From: Trichinella spiralis
Lineage: Eukaryota
Direction of reading: 5' to 3'
Length of the DNA stretch: 64,000 bases
Assembly: GCF_000181795.1 (NCBI RefSeq)
Contig: NW_003526945.1
Coordinates: forward strand, 5,946,129-6,010,128
Shown here piece by piece: positions 56,601 through 64,000 of this stretch. The notes under the pieces were generated by a model. The model was given only the letters and a program-made list of their open reading frames with translations. It did no database searches and was not told the DNA's origin. The stretch's first letter is position 1, and each line of letters begins with the position of its first letter. Made by a program: the position numbers and the translations under genes.

Positions 56601-59600
56601 CGGTACAGCTTGAAAGCAGATTTGCCTGTTGATAGTTTGCAGAAAGCTTTAGAGCTGATGTTGTGGATTCCGAAACGAGCTGTTGATTTGAACTTTATCC
56701 AGAGCATAAGCGACCTTCCTACTGATGCTTCAAGACTTGGTCGTCTGTTGAGACACGTACGTGATGACGCTTGCACGGAGGAACAAACGTTAGCATGAAC
56801 ATGGTATTTTTTTTTGTAGGACCAATTTCGAGTATGGGAAAAAACCAAAGAAGGAGAAGGAACTTTGCAGTATGTTTTTCTTTTTAAATCCAAACTTGTG
56901 TTCACAAGCAAGCAAGAAAGTGAAGATGCGGATGAAATACCAGAATTTAAGTTCAACTATTCTGTGAGGGTAAGAATGATTTTTATTTTACTGTTTTCAA
57001 ATTAGCAACATAATCTTAACGTTCAATATAAAAATGAACTAATTAAGTGAAACATTTTTTCTACATTTTTTTTATATTATGAGAGCCCTTTATTGCGTTA
57101 ATTCTGAATGTTAACAAACTTGCCATTTGTTTCTTTTTTTAAAATTTTATTTCTGATCATATCTTATGTTTTTTTCATGTATTTATTTGCTTTAATTGTG
57201 AAACAAATGAGATCAACCTTTTTGTGCACAAATAAATTATTCTTATCACAAACATTTTGAATCTCTGTCCAGTATTACTCTTCAGGTGATTCGGTTTATC
57301 ATAGTTAGAAATTATGCAAATTGGCTAGTGTTTGAAATGCGATTTCGCGAATGCAAATTTTAGATTGATAAATATGAATTGAAAGATGATCCACAAGATA
57401 GTAGCATTATTCAGTTATGTCCTTTGGATCCGGCATTGCCGGTTTATTATTTGCAAGCAACGGAAACCAGCGATACTGAAGTTGTAAAACAAGCGTGGGT
57501 GAAAGATTTAAATGAAACTAAAGAAGCTCTAGGTATGCATACGCAGTATTGCTTGAATGGTTGTAGGAAAATTGGGTTGTTTTAGTTTCGTTGGCAGAAG
57601 AAGAAACTGAAACAATGACAGAATTTGCTGACTTTTCAGATATTAAAAGTGAATTTTCAGAATATTCGAGCGTTTCTCGAAAAAGTTCATTATATGGAGG
57701 TATTTTGTGTTTTATTATAACTCATTCATGATGATCATGATTTGCTTCAGATGGTGTTGACGACGGTCCTCCTAGAAAGAAACATAAAACTCCACCAAGT
57801 ATCTCAAGGTCCACATCAGTCCAAAGTTTGTGCAGCATGAATTTAGAAAGTGGTAATTAATTTTAAAAATATAATGCATATAACTTATAGCTACACTGAA
57901 ATTCAACGTGAATTTTAACGTTTTATTCAATATATTAATTTATCTGTAGTCACTCAAACTGGTTCTATTGAAATGCATGGATCTAATATGACACGAACGC
58001 AGTATGGTTATAGAACATTACATGCTACTACTGCTAAGATGTCACTTAAAGTATCTGGATATCCCCTTCCAGTAATTACATGGTTTGTAATGGTCTGAAC
58101 TTCATAGTTATGCATTTGTAAACATTATATTATATATCAGGTTTAAAGACGGTGTGCCTTTGCAAGAAGATGAGAGACATAAATTTTATTCTGATGAAGA
58201 TGGATTTTTTGCCATGACGATTGAACCTGTCTTAATGGAAGACACTGGTCGTTATACTTGCGTTGCCACTAATGAATATGGACAAGCCACAACATCTGCT
58301 TTCTTTAGAGTTGTGACAGGTATACGTTTGATTGATATTTGATTTGATTAGATTATGAGCAGCGCTGATGAACATTTGCTTCAGCTGAGCGTGAACCTGA
58401 AAAACCGCGCTTTGTGACCGTTTTGCAAGACCTACAAATACACGAAGGCGAAACAGCTAAATTTTCTTGTGAAGTAGAAGGTTGGCCCGAACCTGAAATC
58501 CAGTTCTACTTAGATGACCAAGCTATACATCCGTCCAGAGAGTATATAATGGATTATGATGGCCATTTAGTACACTTGAACATTCGTGATGTCCAACCAG
58601 ATGATGCAGGAGTCATCTCACTTAAAATATTAAACGCAAGTGGTTCTGATGAATGCAAAGCTACATTGACTGTCATCGAACAACCAGACAAGCGAAAGGT
58701 TCCACCTGAATTTCAGCAAGTACTTCATGATGTTGTTGTGAAAGAGGACGACGAAGTGAAGTTTAAAGTTGTCTGCAGCGGTGATCCAACTCCTGAAGTG
58801 GTATGGTATGTTAATGGGACTCCGCTGACAAATTCTGATAAAGTGAACATCATTGCCGAGGATGGAATTTATATTTTAAAGATAAGTAACATTACTCAGC
58901 ACTTTGATGGTGAACTGCTGTGTAGAGCAATAAACAGGTAATTTTTAACTGCTTTTATTTATATTAATACTGTGTTTAATTTGTAAATAAGAAATTTTCT
59001 AATTATAAGCTTCATTTCATAAAAGGGAAATGGAAGAAACGTTTTAGAATTAATTGAAAAATAACTTCTTTCAGACTTTTTGCAGCAAAATATTTGCCCA
59101 ACGTTATAGCTCACATAATAATTATACATATATGCATATTTATAAAATAATGTAATTTTAGAATTGGTGAAGCAAGTTGTGGCTGTCATGTAACTGTACT
59201 TAAAGAAGATCACGCTCCTATATTTGAGCAAGAGCTATGCAATCAAGTTGTGTGTATTGGTGATTTAGTAAAATTGCAAGTAATGATCAGTGCTTCACCT
59301 GTGGCTACTGTAAGTTGGATGATAAATGAACAACCGATTGATGAAAAAAGTGGAAATGTACGGATCACTGAAAAGCCTCAGAGCGGAATTTATGTCTTAG
59401 AAATTCTAAACGCTACGACAGAACAAAATGGCTTGATTGAATGTCTTGCAAGAAATCGTGTCGGAGAAGCTAAATCTCAAGCCACTTTATCAGTTGAAAC
59501 TTCTGACTTTCCACCAATGTTTAAACAAGAACTGCACGACATTCGAGCAAAGTTAGGACAACCAGTTGAATTGCAGGTGAGTTGGTGCAATATAATGTAT

Positions 59601-62600
59601 ATTTCTAAAAAACCAATATAAATTAACGTTAAGAATTAAATACGTCGTGGATTTCAAAGCGACATTATGTTTCTCTTTTAGCTAAATTTCTCATCAGATG
59701 AAGATGTTTTATTTAACTTTTATACAATTAATTGCACGTTTACTTGGACGAAATTGCATAGAATAATATGAGCAGTTCAAGCTTATTTTGTAGTGTATTT
59801 TGTTTTTTCAATAATTAAAAGCATCATCTTGTTTTGATTGTTATTCATCAGTTTTAAATATTGTTTAGGTAATTGTGGATAGTAGGCCGATATCTGTTGT
59901 TCATTGGAGTGTCAACGGTCGTGAAATTACTGGAGATGAAAACTGCAGTTTAAAGAGTGATTTGTCGAATCGACATCAGCTAAGTATTGCTCATCTCACT
60001 GAAGACTTGTGTGGTTTATGGGTCTGTAAAGCTGAGAACAGCTGTGGAAGCGCTACTTGTCAAGCATCAGTTACTGCCGCAGATTCGACTAGCAAAACCG
60101 CAGACTCAGTACCCGGTGTTCATTTTGATTCGAAATTGCCACCTGTTATCAAAAGACACGTCGGCGAGCAATTTGCAGTGGATGTTCGAGTAACTGGGGA
60201 ACAGCCAGTTGGCTTTTGGAGCTTAAATGGAAAACGATTGGAAAGTTCTGAATTTGTTAGGCTTACTGAGCAACCTGGTGGGTTATTTCGTCTTGAAATT
60301 CTCACTCTTAGTGAAGAATTCTCAGGGACGTTGAGTTTCGAAGCGCAAGGATCGTCTGGACAAGTTGTCAGCATGTCTTCTGAACTTATTGTTTTGCCAG
60401 CTCCATCTGACGTCGTTGTTGTTAGCCAACTGCCGCCCAGCATAACCGCTGAAGTCGGTAGCAAAGTGCTCGTTGAATTGAACTTGGGCTCATCAGAACA
60501 GCAGCATCAGCAAGCTGAAATTACCTGGCTGTTGAATGGACAGCCCATTGCAAAGTCAGATGAAGTGCAACTTCATCATGACCAAGATCGGATTTGCTTG
60601 CAGATTGATAATATTAGTGAAAATTACGCTGGAGTGCTTACATGCCTTGTGAAGTTGGGCAATGCGACTGAAACTCTTCAGACAAACCTCGAAGTTGTTC
60701 GGACAAATCGACCTCCGGCAGAAATTTCTGGACTGTCAGATACTGAAGTCGAAGAAGGAGATACAATAGAATTCAAACTGAACATAGAAAATGCTAAATC
60801 CTTTCAAGCAGAATGGTTTCTCAATGGTACCAAACTGCTGCCTTCTGACAACGTGTTGATAGAGACAACTTTAGATGGGATTTGTACATTAAAGTTTACC
60901 AAAATACATGAAAATCAGAGTGGAGAATTAGAGTGTAGAATAAGTACTCCATCTGGATGTTTTTTTTCACGTGCTCAGTTGACAGTGAAGCCAGCGGCAA
61001 GAAAACAACAGCCAGAAATTTGTACTCAGATGAATCCATTGAGCGTATACGAAGGAGATACGTTGGAAACAAAAGTTGCATTGAATGGCCATCCAGAGCC
61101 AAGTGTAGAATGGTTTCTCAATGGGCGAAGATTGTCCACGAATGACAATGTACACATTGAAACAGGGAATGGAATGTCATCGTTGCGTGTCAAGCGTGTT
61201 GGAAAAGAAATGGCCGGTGAATTGTCTTGCGTTGCAAAAAATTTATACGGAGAAGTAACTACACGGACAACTCTGACAGTTAACCACCAAATACCGGTTG
61301 AATTCGAGCAGTATCTCTGTGATGCGTGCTGTCGTGAAGGAGATACTTTAAAATTAAAAGCGATATTATATGGTGAGCCATCACCGGACGTGTCTTGGTA
61401 TATAAATGGAAAGAAGTTAGTCGAGTCGGAAAATATTCAAATTTACAAAGAGAAGCATACGTATATTGTGGTTATACACGACATTACCTGTGATTACAGT
61501 GGTGAAGTGGTCTGCAAAGCAGTCAACGAATTTGGTGAAGCGAGTTCTTCTGCAACGCTTTCAGTGATGCGTCGTGGAGTTCCACCAGATTTTCTAGAAT
61601 GGATGAACAGCATCAGTGCTGCAGAGGGCGCGGAAGTAGTACACAGAGTACGTTTCAGTGGAGATCCCAAGCCAACAATTACGTGGTTCATTAACCACCA
61701 AGAAATACACAACTCTGATGAATTTTTGATTACAACGGAAGGGGACATTTGCACTTTGACGATTAAGCGTTTTTCTGCACGCATGGTTGGAGAAATCATT
61801 TGTAAAGCAGAGAATGACGCCGGAGAAGTATCATGTACTGCGCAAATGACACTCGGCACTGGCAGGTTTGTTGGTTTTAAATAATGTTGAGTATATGTGT
61901 AATGTTGAAAGTTTAGATATCTCCGTGAAGAATACAGTGAGCGCAGTGAGCTTGAAGCCGTCGCGCTCAGCACGGGCGATATTGAAGGTTCTGAAGCAGG
62001 CACCGATTTCGCTTTTAGTTTGCCAGATGAAGATATGGACGTATGCAAAGAATTTTTAATTCTTCTATTGGGTAAATTAGTGGTTGCATTTCAGGAAGAT
62101 GGAAGTCGATATGAATCCTCTATGGCGCCGAAATTTATTTCCAAAATCAAGGATACCAAAGTGACAATAGGGAAGCAAGCAATTTTTGAATGCATCGTTC
62201 CTGGATCAAAAGGAATTTGTGTGAAATGGTGCGTTTTTATTTTGTAAAACACGGTGCTGTTTTTCATATTAATGTTTTTTTTTAAATTAATGAGAATGTT
62301 TATTTTACAAAATGGTTGCTTTATAAAAGCACTACAGAAATGTCGTTACTACAAATTTTGCAAGATGTTTTTCACTTTTTAATCTATTTAGGCTAAAAGA
62401 TGGAAATGAAGTTGAACTTTTGGCAAGAATAAGAGTGGGAAGTCATAAAGAAGAAAATGTAATGGTCCACCGTCTTATTATTGATGATGTGAGAAGAGAA
62501 GACGCCGGTTATTATACATGTGTTGTCATGAATGAGCACGGCCAAGAAACATGTGTTGCAAAATTGGAAAGTAAGTGATTATCAGCAGTATTTATTGAAT

Positions 62601-64000
62601 GTTTTTTTTGAATGATTTCTATGATATATTTTATTGATTGCACACCTGAATACATAATGGCGCTTATAAAAAAATTTGAAATGATTATTAGTTGAATGTT
62701 GAAACTTCAATATTTTATTAATAGTTCAGTTATGCTGTGAAGTTGATATTTATTTTATGAATTTTTAGTAGCCGAAGGAAAAGGAAGTGCAGAATTGCTG
62801 AAGCCTCCTCAGTTTATTTCATGCCTTTCCAACGTTAACGTTAAAGTTGGTGACAAAGCTTTATTTTCGTGTAAAGTAACCGGATTTCCACAGCCTGATC
62901 TCAAATGGTATAAAGACGGTGAAGTGATTGAAACTTTCGACGAGTCCACATTAGTAAAAGATGAAAAGGGTACTTACATGTTGGTGATTGACGCAGTGGA
63001 GAAAAAGCACGAAGGGGAATACATTTGTGAAGCAACGAATGTGGCTGGTCAAGTGAAAACTTGCGCTGAATTGAAAATTCAACGTAAGTAAACTTGTTTA
63101 AAAATGTTAATGCTTATCTGAAATTTTAATCATATATTTACACGCAGATAATTATGTAAATCATATAAACACGCTATAAAAATTGTTCTTCACACTTTTT
63201 TCTTGCGTATATGGTTAAAGTGAAATTAAAAAATTTTTTATATTCATGATGAACTTCAGTGACATTCAGGAGACAGAGAACATAATTTTAATGATGGCTA
63301 ATATTCTTTTTTCACTAGAATACACTGTTTCGGAAACAGATGGTGAAGAATCAGTAGCTCCGCATTTTACTGTTCCGCTGTATCCTCAGACTGTCACTGA
63401 AGGATCTACAGCTGATTTATCATGTTTCGCTACTGGAAATCCAGAACCGGAAATTCATTGGTATAAAGATGAAAATGAAATTCATGAAAATGATCACTTC
63501 AAATTTACAAGCACAAAAGAAGGCGGAAAACGACTGATTGTCGATAATGTGCACATTGTTGATGAAGCAGAGTACACATGTGAAGCTGTAAATATTGCTG
63601 GAAAAGCTTCTACGAAAACGATATTGAAAGTCCAAAGTATGTTTTCATTTTATTTCGTTGTACTCTGTACGTAAAAATAAATTACTAGACAGCCGGTAAT
63701 GCATTCATGTGCTTGTATTTTTAATGATTTTGAAAGTGTGTTTTAGAAATGTGCTTTATGAATGATTTCTAGCGATTTCAGAAAGTATGTGGTTATTAAT
63801 TTTGAAATTTAATGATGATTGCAGAGTATGAGGAATCTGAATGTGATAAAGAGGAGACAATTCTTCCCAAATTTACCACTGACCTCCAATACCAAACAGT
63901 CCGTGAAGGAGAGCAAGCAGTTTTAACCTGTGTTGCGAAAGGCGTGCCTTCACCAGAAATTTATTGGTTTAAAAATGATGAAAGAATCCAAAACGATAGT
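53632..64000 (+). CDS. unc-89: UNC-89/obscurin, 5' part (SH3, DH, PH, then an Ig array); continues beyond the window
   Basis: MTTTGYTSKYSSYKKY N-terminus. SH3 (PVYIVTQDFNP…EGQIVEVLD…WLVRTKARPPKIGW), DH (EIYNFHA…LKGFQYYSDDPGIVGQTF), PH, RTQYG.RTL, FYSDEDGFFAMTIEPV, and the UNC-89 signature Ig domains IPVEFEQYLCDACCREGDTLKL, PPDFLEW and APKFISKIKDTK. Confidence 0.96.

Overview
Eukaryotic, AT-rich, intron-dense genomic DNA, most likely a nematode. The short introns with TTTCAG/TTTTAG acceptors and clear vab-1 and unc-89 homologues suggest a clade I worm such as Trichinella (inference). Genes, with exons stitched by hand, in order: 3' end of an Eph receptor kinase (+); DNA polymerase alpha catalytic subunit (-), head-to-head with CstF-50 (+); a secreted tandem-vWA protein (-); a ~12.6 kb gene-poor interval with a probable piggyBac-type terminus; an atypical SLC6/SNF-12-like transporter (+); a free-standing gene made of the UNC-89/obscurin C-terminal module (interkinase, Ig, Fn3, kinase; predicted pseudokinase) (+); calcyphosine-like (+); Nup93 (-); a divergent CK1/TTBK-like kinase (-); an F-box/LRR gene (+); and the 5' part of unc-89 (SH3-DH-PH-Ig array, +), which runs off the window end. 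The most striking feature is that the UNC-89 C-terminal kinase module lies ~12 kb upstream of the unc-89 start codon on the same strand, with four unrelated genes in between. No rRNA, tRNA or CRISPR array was recognised. Homology statements come from recalled family motifs, not database searches.
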